Shown: one piece after another, positions 17,395 to 26,027 of the stretch | Layout of the letters: each line of letters opens with the position of its first letter | How positions within the stretch are numbered: the first letter of the stretch is position 1 | NCBI GenBank assembly: GCA_963803435.1 | Contig: CAWDML010000009.1 | Coordinates: forward strand, 224,001 to 288,000 | DNA length: 64,000 bases | Source of the DNA: an uncultured delta proteobacterium | Lineage (GTDB): Bacteria > Myxococcota > Kuafuiibacteriia > Kuafuiibacteriales > Kuafuiibacteriaceae | Direction: 5' to 3' | The notes under the pieces: model-generated | Seen by the model: the letters and a program-made list of their open reading frames with translations, nothing else | The model's database searches: none | Told to the model about the DNA's origin: nothing | Program-made: the position numbers and the translations under genes

Positions 17395-20127
17395 CTACGA
17401 GAGCGCCGCGATGATCGCGACGCAGGCGAGGGCGCCGCCGAACGCGCCCAGCAGGTAGGTGCGGATCTGGCCGGTCTGGAGCCGGCGAAGCCGCTGGCCG
17501 GTGGCCATGACGATGTCGGCGAGGAGGTTCACCGCGCCGTCGACGATGTACTTGTCGATCGCGCCCTGGAAGAAGCCGATGTACTTGCCCACGAAGGCGA
17601 CGCCGTTGACGATGCCGTCCACGACGTAGACATCGAAGTTGCGGAGTCCGTTCCAGACGTACGACATGCCCCGGACGAAGACCGTGTAGTAGGCCTCGTC
17701 GACGAAGTACTTGTTGTACACGAGGCGGTGGAGCTCCATCAGAGGCTTCGCGAAGCGATCACCGAGGACGGTCACGGGCTCCCTGAGGATGCGCTCCGGG
17801 AGCGGGTTGGCGTTGTTGTTGTAGAGCCAGAACGCAGCGCCGGCGCCGAAGGCGGCCACGACGACCGACAAGGTGGCGAGCGCGTACTCGATCAGGTGCG
17901 TGGTGTGGACGTCCGCGAGGAACGCCATCGCCGGCTGGTGAGCCTCGTACAGCGCCATCATCGTGGAGCCGGGCTCGAGGACCGGCTCGAGCCAGGTCTC
18001 GAGGAGCGGGTGCAGGTGGAGGCCGAGCGGGTTCGCGAACACGGCTGGGAAGCCGAGGAACAAGCCGATGAGGACGGAGGCGGTGGCGAGGATCCACAGG
18101 GGCGTGGTCATCGTCCACGGCGACTCGTGGGGCGTGCCGCCGTGGTGCTCGTGGTGCTCGTCGTGCTCGTCGTGCTCGTGATCGTGCCCGTGCGCTTCGT
18201 CGTGGCCATGGCCGTGATCGTGCTCGGCGAGGGCCGCGAGCATGGCGGGCGTGGGACCGCGGACCGGCTCCGGGATGAAGAGCGCCTTCGCGCGGGCGGT
18301 GTCGGCCGGGTAGCGATCGATCAGCGGGACGTCGTTGCCGCGGTACTCGCCGGTGAAGGTCATGAAGTACGAGCGGAACATGTAGAAGGCGGTGAGGCCC
18401 GCGGCGATCAAGCCGAGCCCCCAGATCACGACGTGGGCGTAGGGCAAGAGGCCGTGGGTGGCGCTTCCGGTGAACGCCTTCCAGAGGATCTCGTCCTTGC
18501 TGCAGAAGCCCGCGAGACCGGGCGCGCCAGCGATGGCGAGGCAGGCGAGCAGGTAGGTCCAGTGCGTCGAGGGCATGTACTTCTTGAGCCCGCCCATGCG
18601 GCGCATGTCCTGCTCGTGGTGGCAGCCGAGGATCACCGAGCCCGAGCCGAGGAAGAGGCACGCCTTGAAGCACGCGTGCGTGAGCAGGTGGAACATGCCC
18701 GCCCAGTAGGCGCCGGTGCCCACGCCGATGAACATGAAGCCGAGCTGCGAGATCGTCGAGTAGGCGAGGACCTTCTTGATGTCGTACTGGAGCAGGCCCA
18801 TCGAGGCGGCGAAGAGCGCGGTCAGCGCGCCCACCAGGCCGACCACCGTGCAGGCCCACGGCGACAGGATGAAGAGGAAGTTGAGCCTCGCGATCATGTA
18901 GACGCCAGCCGTCACCATGGTGGCGGCGTGGATCAGCGCCGACACTGGCGTGGGTCCGGCCATGGCGTCGGGGAGCCAGACGTAGAACGGGATCTGCGCG
19001 GACTTGGCGGTGGCGCCCAGGAAGAAGAGCACGCAGACGATGAAGAGCATCGGGACCTGACCGAACAGCGGGAGCGTGATCTCCTTGTTCGCGATGGCGC
19101 TCCGACCGCGATCGTGGTCGTACTGGGCGAGGGCGGCCTCCATCTTCTGATCCTCGTGCTGGAGGAGCTTCAGCGTGGCCTGCGTGTGGGCGGTCAGGGC
19201 CTCGTAACCCGTGATCCGGGCGGCCTCGGCGTTGCGGTCGGCCTCGAGCGCTTTTCGCTTCTCGATCAGCTCCAGGCGCAGATGCTCCCGCTCGATCTCG
19301 CCGTCGAAGATCTTGGCGAGGCGCGGGAAGGAGAGCGTGGCGGTGGGCGCGTCGGGCGTCCACTCGTGGCCCGTGCGCGGCGACCGGTGCTGCTGCTCGA
19401 TCGCGTGCTCTTCCGCGGTCGCCTGGGGATCGCGGAAGTAGTCGAGGCTGAGGGCCATCGGCGTGGTGTCCTTCGACGGATCGCCGACCTCCTTCACCGG
19501 GAGCGTCCAGCTGCCCTGCATGCCCCAGAAGAGGGTGAAGAGGCCGATGACGAAGCACGCATCGCCGAAGCGGTTCACCACGAACGCCTTCATCCCAGAG
19601 GCCGCGTTCGCGAGATCCTTGTACCAGAAGCCGATCAGGAGATACGACGCGAGGCCCACGCCCTCCCAGCCGATGAACATGACCAGGAAGTTGTCCCCGA
19701 GCACGAGGATCAACATCATCGTGACGAAGAGGTTGAGGTAACAGAAGAAGCGCCAGTAGCTCGGCTCGCCGCGCATGTAGCCGACCGAGTAGAGGTGGAT
19801 CAGCGTGCCGATCGTCGTGATGATCAACGTCATCATCGACGAGAGTGGATCGAGCCAGAAGGCGAACCGCGCGTCGACGAGGCCCACGTTCATCCAGTCC
19901 CAGCCGACCTGGAACAGCGCGCGCTTCTCCGGCTCCATGCCCAGGAGCTGGAAGAACAGCGTCCAGGCGATCGCGCAGGAGATCGCGGGCATCAGTATGG
20001 CGATGCCGTGCACCGCGTTGACGCCGAGCTTGTCCTGGATCCGTTTGCCGAACAGGCCGTTGATCAAGGCTCCGATCACCGGGAACAGCGGGATCCAGAG
20101 CAACATCGAGCTGTGCAGAGCTTCCAC
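17395..20127 (-). CDS. nuoL: NADH-quinone oxidoreductase subunit L (with large insertions)
   Basis: 'FIGWEGVGLASYLLIGFW', 'KAFVVNRFGD', 'KSAQIPFYVWLPDAMAGPTPVSALIHAATMVTAGVY', 'DIKKVLAYSTISQLG', 'HACFKACLFLGSGSVI', 'LQTGQIRTY'. Confidence 0.95.
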   Translation of the reverse strand: MEALHSSMLLWIPLFPVIGALINGLFGKRIQDKLGVNAVHGIAILMPAISCAIAWTLFFQLLGMEPEKRALFQVGWDWMNVGLVDARFAFWLDPLSSMMTLIITTIGTLIHLYSVGYMRGEPSYWRFFCYLNLFVTMMLILVLGDNFLVMFIGWEGVGLASYLLIGFWYKDLANAASGMKAFVVNRFGDACFVIGLFTLFWGMQGSWTLPVKEVGDPSKDTTPMALSLDYFRDPQATAEEHAIEQQHRSPRTGHEWTPDAPTATLSFPRLAKIFDGEIEREHLRLELIEKRKALEADRNAEAARITGYEALTAHTQATLKLLQHEDQKMEAALAQYDHDRGRSAIANKEITLPLFGQVPMLFIVCVLFFLGATAKSAQIPFYVWLPDAMAGPTPVSALIHAATMVTAGVYMIARLNFLFILSPWACTVVGLVGALTALFAASMGLLQYDIKKVLAYSTISQLGFMFIGVGTGAYWAGMFHLLTHACFKACLFLGSGSVILGCHHEQDMRRMGGLKKYMPSTHWTYLLACLAIAGAPGLAGFCSKDEILWKAFTGSATHGLLPYAHVVIWGLGLIAAGLTAFYMFRSYFMTFTGEYRGNDVPLIDRYPADTARAKALFIPEPVRGPTPAMLAALAEHDHGHGHDEAHGHDHEHDEHDEHHEHHGGTPHESPWTMTTPLWILATASVLIGLFLGFPAVFANPLGLHLHPLLETWLEPVLEPGSTMMALYEAHQPAMAFLADVHTTHLIEYALATLSVVVAAFGAGAAFWLYNNNANPLPERILREPVTVLGDRFAKPLMELHRLVYNKYFVDEAYYTVFVRGMSYVWNGLRNFDVYVVDGIVNGVAFVGKYIGFFQGAIDKYIVDGAVNLLADIVMATGQRLRRLQTGQIRTYLLGAFGGALACVAIIAALS
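18135..18225 (-). repeat. His-rich tandem codon repeat (HDE/HHE units) in nuoL
   Basis: Imperfect 9-bp repeats such as gtggtgctc/gtcgtgctc encoding EHDHGHGHDEAHGHDHEHDEHDEHHEHHG. Confidence 0.8.
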
Positions 20128-20240
20128 GGTCGGCGCGGAGGCTAGTCGGGACGAGCATTGCGGGCAACGAGGAAGACGCGGAGGGTTTCTGCCGCTTTTG
20201 CGCCAGGGTATCGACCAAAGCGCTGGCGCAGGGCATCGCG

Positions 20241-21122
20241 ATGGCCTACCTGAGCCGCATGCAGCGGCGGGCGCTCGGTCCGCTCGAGGTCTCCGCGGTC
20301 GCGCTGGGCGCCGGCCACCTCGGAGGCGACGCCTCGGATCGAGAGGTCTTCGACCTTCTCGATCGGGCGCTGGAGCTCGGGATCGATCTGATCGACACGG
20401 CGCGGAGCTACGGGTCGTCCGAGGCGCGGATCGGTCGGTGGCTCGAGGGCCGGCGCGATCGGGTCTCGATCTCGACCAAGGTCGGCTACGGCGTGGAGGG
20501 CCACGCAGACTGGACGCCTGGGTGCATCACGGCCGGGATCGATCGCGCGCTCAGAACGTTGCGCACCGATCGGATCGAGGTGGTGCACCTGCACTCGTGT
20601 CCGATCGAGACGCTGAGTCGAGGCGGAATCCTGGAGGCGTTGAGCGAGGCGGTGCGCCTGGGGAAGGTGCGCGTGGCCGCCTACTCCGGCGACGGCGCCG
20701 CCCTCGCGCATGCGCTCGAGACCGGGGTCTTCGGTGCGCTCCAGGCCACCGTCAATGTCCTCGATCGCGCGAACCTGCCCGTGCTGGCGAAGGCCCGGGC
20801 GCGCGGACTGGGGACGCTGGCGAAGCGGCCGCTCGCGAATGCGCCCTGGCGGTTCCGAGCGTGCCCCGAGGCGCACGACCTCGCGATCTACTTCGACCGC
20901 TGGCGGGCGCTCGCGCTCGAGATCGCGACGGACCCGAACGAGCTCTGCGTTCGCTACGCGGCCCATCACCCGGCGATCGCGAGCGTGCTGGTGGGGACCC
21001 GGCGCCCGTCGCACCTCCAGCAGGCGATCGAGGCGGTCGCGCGCGGTCCGCTGCCCTGCGAGATCGTCGACCGGCTGGAGTCCGCGTATTCGCCGCACCG
21101 CGACTGGGGGGCCGTGACCTGA
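20241..21122 (+). CDS. Aldo/keto reductase
   Basis: 'LIDTARSYGSSEARIG', 'ISTKVG', 'LRTLRTDRIEVVHLH'. Confidence 0.9.
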   Translation: MAYLSRMQRRALGPLEVSAVALGAGHLGGDASDREVFDLLDRALELGIDLIDTARSYGSSEARIGRWLEGRRDRVSISTKVGYGVEGHADWTPGCITAGIDRALRTLRTDRIEVVHLHSCPIETLSRGGILEALSEAVRLGKVRVAAYSGDGAALAHALETGVFGALQATVNVLDRANLPVLAKARARGLGTLAKRPLANAPWRFRACPEAHDLAIYFDRWRALALEIATDPNELCVRYAAHHPAIASVLVGTRRPSHLQQAIEAVARGPLPCEIVDRLESAYSPHRDWGAVT

Positions 21123-21124
21123 GG

Positions 21125-21622
21125 TCAGCGTCGCCGCTTGCGCGTGGTGCGCGGCTTCACCAGCCGCGACTTCGGCGACGCGAGGTACGGCGTCATCGAA
21201 TAGCGCGAGCTCCAGGTCACCCGCCAGCGGGGCACGCGGGCGTCGGGGGCGGCCAGGTAGCGGAGGACGCCGTCGAGCTCGAGGAGCACCACGCCGTCGA
21301 AGATCGCGAGGATCCGACCGTCGTCGCCCATCGAATCGTCGACCTCGAGCGGGTAGAGGCCGCTCTCGCAGTCGACGTCCTCGGCGTCGGCGTCGAAGGC
21401 CACGCGGGCCACGCCGCCGTGGGCGTCGGTCGAGGTGTCGACGAGCTCGACGTTCCGGATCGATACGGGGGTGGGTGTGGTCCAGTCGCCCGAGTGATCG
21501 ATGACGACCGTCGAGCCGCCTTCCAGGACGAAGTTGAGCACCGACTTTCGCTCCAGCTCGTTGGCCGCTCGCGCACCGTCATCCCCGAAGACGAGCGGAC
21601 AGACGAGCAGTAGAGGGAGCAT
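21125..21622 (-). CDS. Hypothetical secreted protein
   Basis: Hydrophobic N-terminus, GC3-biased codons, basic tail; no recognisable family. Confidence 0.55.
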   Translation of the reverse strand: MLPLLLVCPLVFGDDGARAANELERKSVLNFVLEGGSTVVIDHSGDWTTPTPVSIRNVELVDTSTDAHGGVARVAFDADAEDVDCESGLYPLEVDDSMGDDGRILAIFDGVVLLELDGVLRYLAAPDARVPRWRVTWSSRYSMTPYLASPKSRLVKPRTTRKRRR

Positions 21623-21668
21623 GACTCTCTAATCGGTTAGCAGACGATTACTTTGAGGTCAAACAATC

Positions 21669-22430
21669 ATGGAGAGGGATCCGACGCAGCGATTCACGGA
21701 TCGAGTCGACGATTACGCGAGGTACCGGCCCGATTATCCGGCGGCGTTGTACGACCTGCTCGTGAACGAGCACGGCCTGGATCGTCGCCACACGATCGCC
21801 GATCTCGGCGCGGGCACCGGATTGCTGGCGCAGCTGTTCCTCGAGCAGGGACACCGTGTCATCGGTATCGAGCCGAACGAGGCGATGCGCCGCATGGGTG
21901 AGCGCGCGCTCGCCGGGTTCGCCGGGTATCGCGCGGTGGCGGCGACGGCCGAGGCGACCACGCTCCCGAGCGGGAGCATCGACGTGGTCACCGCCGGGCA
22001 GTCGTTCCACTGGTTCAATCCGGATCGCGCGAGGGTGGAGTGTCTGCGCATCCTGACCCCGATCGGCTTCGCGGTGCTCGTCTGGAATACCTGGGATCAT
22101 GCGACCTCCGACTTCATGAAGGGGTACGCGTCGATCGTGACGCGGAACCGCGAGTCGACGGATCACGCCGGGCGCAGGCGCGTCGTGGGTGTGAGCCGCT
22201 TCTTCGGCGGTGGTTGTCTCGAGCACTCGCTCGAGCACGGGCAGCGCTTCGACCGGGAGGGGCTTCGCGGTCGACTGCTGTCGTCGTCCTACGCGCCCAA
22301 GCCGGGCGACCCGCGCCACCAGCCGATGGTGGAGGAGCTGGATCGGCTCTTCGATGCGTACGCCGATGCGGCGGGGACGGTCGCCTTCGAGCTCCGGACC
22401 CAGGTCTTCGTCGGCCGGCCCGAAGCATGA
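21669..22430 (+). CDS. Class I SAM-dependent methyltransferase
   Basis: 'RFTDRVDDYARYRPDYP', 'ADLGAGTG', 'IEPNEAMR', 'AGQSFHWF'. Confidence 0.92.
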   Translation: MERDPTQRFTDRVDDYARYRPDYPAALYDLLVNEHGLDRRHTIADLGAGTGLLAQLFLEQGHRVIGIEPNEAMRRMGERALAGFAGYRAVAATAEATTLPSGSIDVVTAGQSFHWFNPDRARVECLRILTPIGFAVLVWNTWDHATSDFMKGYASIVTRNRESTDHAGRRRVVGVSRFFGGGCLEHSLEHGQRFDREGLRGRLLSSSYAPKPGDPRHQPMVEELDRLFDAYADAAGTVAFELRTQVFVGRPEA

Positions 22431-22448
22431 GGACCGGGTTGAATGCAA

Positions 22449-22475
22449 GCAACTTTTGACCGGGTCCGACGATAA
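22449..22475 (+). promoter_or_regulatory. Putative sigma28-like promoter GCAAC-N16-CGATAA
   Basis: GCAAC at 22449-22453 and CGATAA at 22470-22475, intergenic and upstream of the ORF at 22562. Confidence 0.55.
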
Positions 22476-22561
22476 GTGGATCGAGAGCGGAGCCGCTCTC
22501 CCGCTGCCGGACCACCGACGGGCGCCAGGGCCGAACGCGAGTCGTTCGAGAGGAGTGCCCC

Positions 22562-22843
22562 ATGATCTACCCATTCAAGGGGCCTCTGGTGAGGCCCTCG
22601 ACGGAGAGCGCTGCGCTCGAAGAGCGCGGCCGACGAGAAGACGAAGACGATTCCGAGCAGGGCGACGGGCAGGGCGGACAGGATCGGGACGAGCAGGACG
22701 GCGACAGCTTCGGCGCCGACGAGATGGCCGCGAAGCAGCGCGAGAAGGCGCTGGGCGGAAAGCAGGAGCACTACCGTCCCCGCGAGGCCGCGCCCGAGGG
22801 CGTGACCAGCGTGTGGGCGATCCGCACGCGCGGTCAGCGATAG
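22562..22843 (+). CDS. Small acidic, probably disordered hypothetical protein
   Basis: Good RBS (GAGGAG) before ATG 22562; 'REDEDDSEQGDGQGGQDRDEQDGD'. Confidence 0.6.
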   Translation: MIYPFKGPLVRPSTESAALEERGRREDEDDSEQGDGQGGQDRDEQDGDSFGADEMAAKQREKALGGKQEHYRPREAAPEGVTSVWAIRTRGQR

Positions 22844-25005
22844 AGCTCCACGTCGAACCCGAGGACGCGTGCGCCGTCCTCCTCCACGAACAGATCGATC
22901 TCGAGCGCTCGTGTCGAGGTGAGCGTCAGCTCGACGTCGAGCAAGCCCAGCTCCTTGCCGGCCTCGAGGTCCGCGAGGGTCGTCTCGCCCTGGTGGACGT
23001 GCATCTTCACCGGATGCGTGTTGGGACTCTGGACGCTCGCGTCGGCGAGACCGTAGAACAGCACCGCGCGCTTCGCGTTCCGCACCGGGATCACCGCGCG
23101 GACCGTCTCCTTCGCGATCGGATGGAAGAAGACGATGGCCTCGCGACGTCCGTCGAAGTCCAGATAGTCGGCCGCGAGGTGCTGCCACGGCTGCTCGCCG
23201 TAGACGCACTGGTTCGGCTCGCGCCGGCAGTGCTGTCCGGTTCGCAGGCGCACCACGTCGATGTCGCGCCAGGTGGAGCGCGCGTGCGCGATCATGCCGG
23301 GCCAGCGACGGCGCTTCGGGATGCGCTTCACCACCTCGAGCCCCGGTGTCTTCGGCTCCCAGAATCCCCAGAGCCGGAGGTTCTCCGCGTGGGCCTTCGT
23401 CGGATCGACCTCCGGGATCCCGGCGATCGTCGCGGCCGCCACCGCGAAGGTACCGGCCACCACCAGGAACCGGCGGAGCGTAGACCGGCCTGGCTCCGCG
23501 GCGAGGCCGGACATCGTCACGTACGCGATCGCGAACAGCAGCGGGACGATGTGCACGGCGTTGGCCGCGTGACCGGTGAGTCCGAGGAGGTGCCCGATCC
23601 CGTACGTCATCTCACCGCGCACGTACGTGGGCACGAGAAAGGACCCGAGCGGGTTCGTGTAGACGTCCGAGAGGTGCGGATACAGGGCGGCCGCGAAGCC
23701 GGTGACCACGATCGAGAGCGCGCCGAAGGCAGCGATCCAGGCCCGCATGCGGACGACCGCGAGCGCCTCGACGACCCAGATCCCGAGCATCGGGACCACG
23801 GCGATGATGTAGCGCGGCCCTACCGTCCAACCGCCGCGCCAGCCCTCGTGGCCGCTGATGAAGTAGAGCTCGAGCAGGAAACCGGCGAGCCCGGCGATGG
23901 CCATCGAGCGGGGGAGCTGGAGCGGGATCGGCCCGCCGTCGCGCGCGACCGCCCGGCGACGGAACGTGCGGAGCAGCAGGGAGGCCATGCCCACCGTCAT
24001 GATCGGGGAGAAGAAGAACAGGCCGGTGTCTGACGAGAAGAGCGAGCCGACCAACGCGTTCCACTTGGGGAACGTGATGCCGAAAAAGCCCTCGTGATGG
24101 ACCTGCACGTAGCCCTTGTTCTCCAGGAACGAGTAGCCGGTCTTGAACGGCGACCCCCACATCTGATCGTGCGCGAAGAGCCCCAGACAGAAGGGCGCCG
24201 CACCGCCGATCGCGAGCAGGAGGAACAGCTGGGCGCGCCGCCGCCAGCCGGGCGTCGCCACGAAGCCGGCGATCAGCGCGGGCAGCGCGATCAGCGAGGC
24301 CGGATACTCGGCGAAGGGGGTGGCGCCCGCGGTGAAGCCGGCGAGCAGCGCCAGGTTGCGCCAGCGTGGGCTGCCGAGCGGCGAGCGGAGCAGCTCGAGG
24401 ATCGCGAGGTAGCAGCCGCCGGCGCAGGCCGCCGCGATCAGGTGACCGGTGAACGTGACCGCGTAGGGATAGATCATCGTGCCGAGGGCCAAGGCCAGAC
24501 CGATCGCGGTGCCGGCGTCGCGCGGTGCGCCGAGCTCGAGCGCCCGGCGGCGGCACCAGCGGAGCATGATGCCCGCGAAGAGAATGCCGAAGATCGCAGT
24601 GCCGAAGACGCGAAGGACGTGCGTGACATGTCGCTCGTCGAACGGGAGGTGGAGCGTGGCCAAGAGCGGTCTCGCGATCGCGAAGGCGGGTACGCCGACC
24701 AGGCTCTGCAGCGGTGCCTTCGACGAGTACAGCTTGCCCTCGCGGATCGCCTTGTCGTCGACCATGCCCCACTGATGGATCACCCCGTCGATCGCGAAGG
24801 TGTCGTCGTCGACCAGCGCCTTGGTCATGTAGACGCGAACGAGCTCGTTCGGGTTGTTCAGGCCGCGGTGATAGGGCGAGGTCGCCAGGAACAGGAACGC
24901 GATCAGGGCGTAGGGCCAGAGATCGAGCGCCCGTCGGACCACCCGCCGCACGACCCGACCGTAGTTTCCCAGTGGAATCAGAGCAACCTGCAAGGTAAGG
25001 CTCAT
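22834..25005 (-). CDS. Polytopic membrane protein, GT-C-fold glycosyltransferase-like
   Basis: First loop 'NPNELVRVYMTKALVDDDTFAID...YSSKAP', many TMs, 'EYP', 'GGWTVGPRY'. The true start is probably slightly downstream of 25005. Confidence 0.7.
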   Translation of the reverse strand: MSLTLQVALIPLGNYGRVVRRVVRRALDLWPYALIAFLFLATSPYHRGLNNPNELVRVYMTKALVDDDTFAIDGVIHQWGMVDDKAIREGKLYSSKAPLQSLVGVPAFAIARPLLATLHLPFDERHVTHVLRVFGTAIFGILFAGIMLRWCRRRALELGAPRDAGTAIGLALALGTMIYPYAVTFTGHLIAAACAGGCYLAILELLRSPLGSPRWRNLALLAGFTAGATPFAEYPASLIALPALIAGFVATPGWRRRAQLFLLLAIGGAAPFCLGLFAHDQMWGSPFKTGYSFLENKGYVQVHHEGFFGITFPKWNALVGSLFSSDTGLFFFSPIMTVGMASLLLRTFRRRAVARDGGPIPLQLPRSMAIAGLAGFLLELYFISGHEGWRGGWTVGPRYIIAVVPMLGIWVVEALAVVRMRAWIAAFGALSIVVTGFAAALYPHLSDVYTNPLGSFLVPTYVRGEMTYGIGHLLGLTGHAANAVHIVPLLFAIAYVTMSGLAAEPGRSTLRRFLVVAGTFAVAAATIAGIPEVDPTKAHAENLRLWGFWEPKTPGLEVVKRIPKRRRWPGMIAHARSTWRDIDVVRLRTGQHCRREPNQCVYGEQPWQHLAADYLDFDGRREAIVFFHPIAKETVRAVIPVRNAKRAVLFYGLADASVQSPNTHPVKMHVHQGETTLADLEAGKELGLLDVELTLTSTRALEIDLFVEEDGARVLGFDVELYR

Positions 25006-25010
25006 CGTGA

Positions 25011-26027
25011 ATGAGGAGGCGCCTGCTCGAGCTGGTGGTCTGCCCGAGCTGCGGGGCGGCGCTGTCGCTCTCGCCCCGGGTCGTCGACGGCGATGAGATC
25101 ACCGAGGGCACCCTCGCCTGCACGGGTTGCGACAAGCGCTACCCGATCGAGCGCGGCATCCCCAGGCTTCTCCCGGAGGCCTCCCAGGTACCCCACGCCG
25201 CGCGCCGTACCGTGGATCGCTTCGGCGATCAGTGGAACCAGTTCGACTTCATGGGCGATCACTACGAGGAGCAGTTTTTGGGCTGGATCGCGCCCAACAC
25301 ACCGTCCTCGTTCGAAGACAAGGTGGTCCTCGAGGGCGGGTGCGGCAAGGGGAGGCACTCGGCGATCGTCGCCAGCTGGGGCGCGAAGGACGTCATCGCG
25401 ATCGACCTGGGGTCGGCGGTGGAGGCGGCCTATCGCAACACGCGGCGCTTCCCGAACGTGCACGTGGTGCAGGCCGACCTGTTCCATCTGCCGGTGGCGA
25501 AGCGCTCGGTCGACATCGCGTTCTCCGTGGGCGTGCTTCACCACACGCCCGAGCCGAGCGCGTGCTTCCGAGAGCTGGTGAAGACGGTGAGGCCGGGCGG
25601 CCGCGTGGTCGCCTGGGTCTACGGGCGGGAGAACAACGGCTGGATCATCCACGGCGTGAATCCGCTCCGCGAGGCCGTCACCTCCAAGCTCCCGCACAAA
25701 TGGGTCTACCACCTCTCCAAGATCCCGGCCGCGATCCTGTTCGCGATCGGGCGCGGCGTGTATCAACCGCTGTCGTCGGAGGCCTTCGGTGACCTGGGCA
25801 AGAAGCTCTACTACCAGGCCTACGTCAATCACGTGACCCGGTTCCCGTGGCACGAGGTCCACTCGATCGTGCACGATCACCTGACGCCCCCGATCGCACA
25901 CTACATTCCAGGCGAGGAGTTCTCCTCCTGGTTCGACGATGCCGGGCTCGAGAGCATCGAGATCGGCTGGCACAACGAGAACTCGTGGCGCGGCACCGGC
26001 CTCGTGCCGAGCATTCGATCCGCGTGA
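25011..26027 (+). CDS. Trm112-like zinc domain fused to class I SAM methyltransferase
   Basis: 'LLELVVCPSC...EGTLACTGCDKRYPIERGIPRLL', then 'LEGGCGKGRH', 'GVLHHTP'. Confidence 0.9.
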   Translation: MRRRLLELVVCPSCGAALSLSPRVVDGDEITEGTLACTGCDKRYPIERGIPRLLPEASQVPHAARRTVDRFGDQWNQFDFMGDHYEEQFLGWIAPNTPSSFEDKVVLEGGCGKGRHSAIVASWGAKDVIAIDLGSAVEAAYRNTRRFPNVHVVQADLFHLPVAKRSVDIAFSVGVLHHTPEPSACFRELVKTVRPGGRVVAWVYGRENNGWIIHGVNPLREAVTSKLPHKWVYHLSKIPAAILFAIGRGVYQPLSSEAFGDLGKKLYYQAYVNHVTRFPWHEVHSIVHDHLTPPIAHYIPGEEFSSWFDDAGLESIEIGWHNENSWRGTGLVPSIRSA

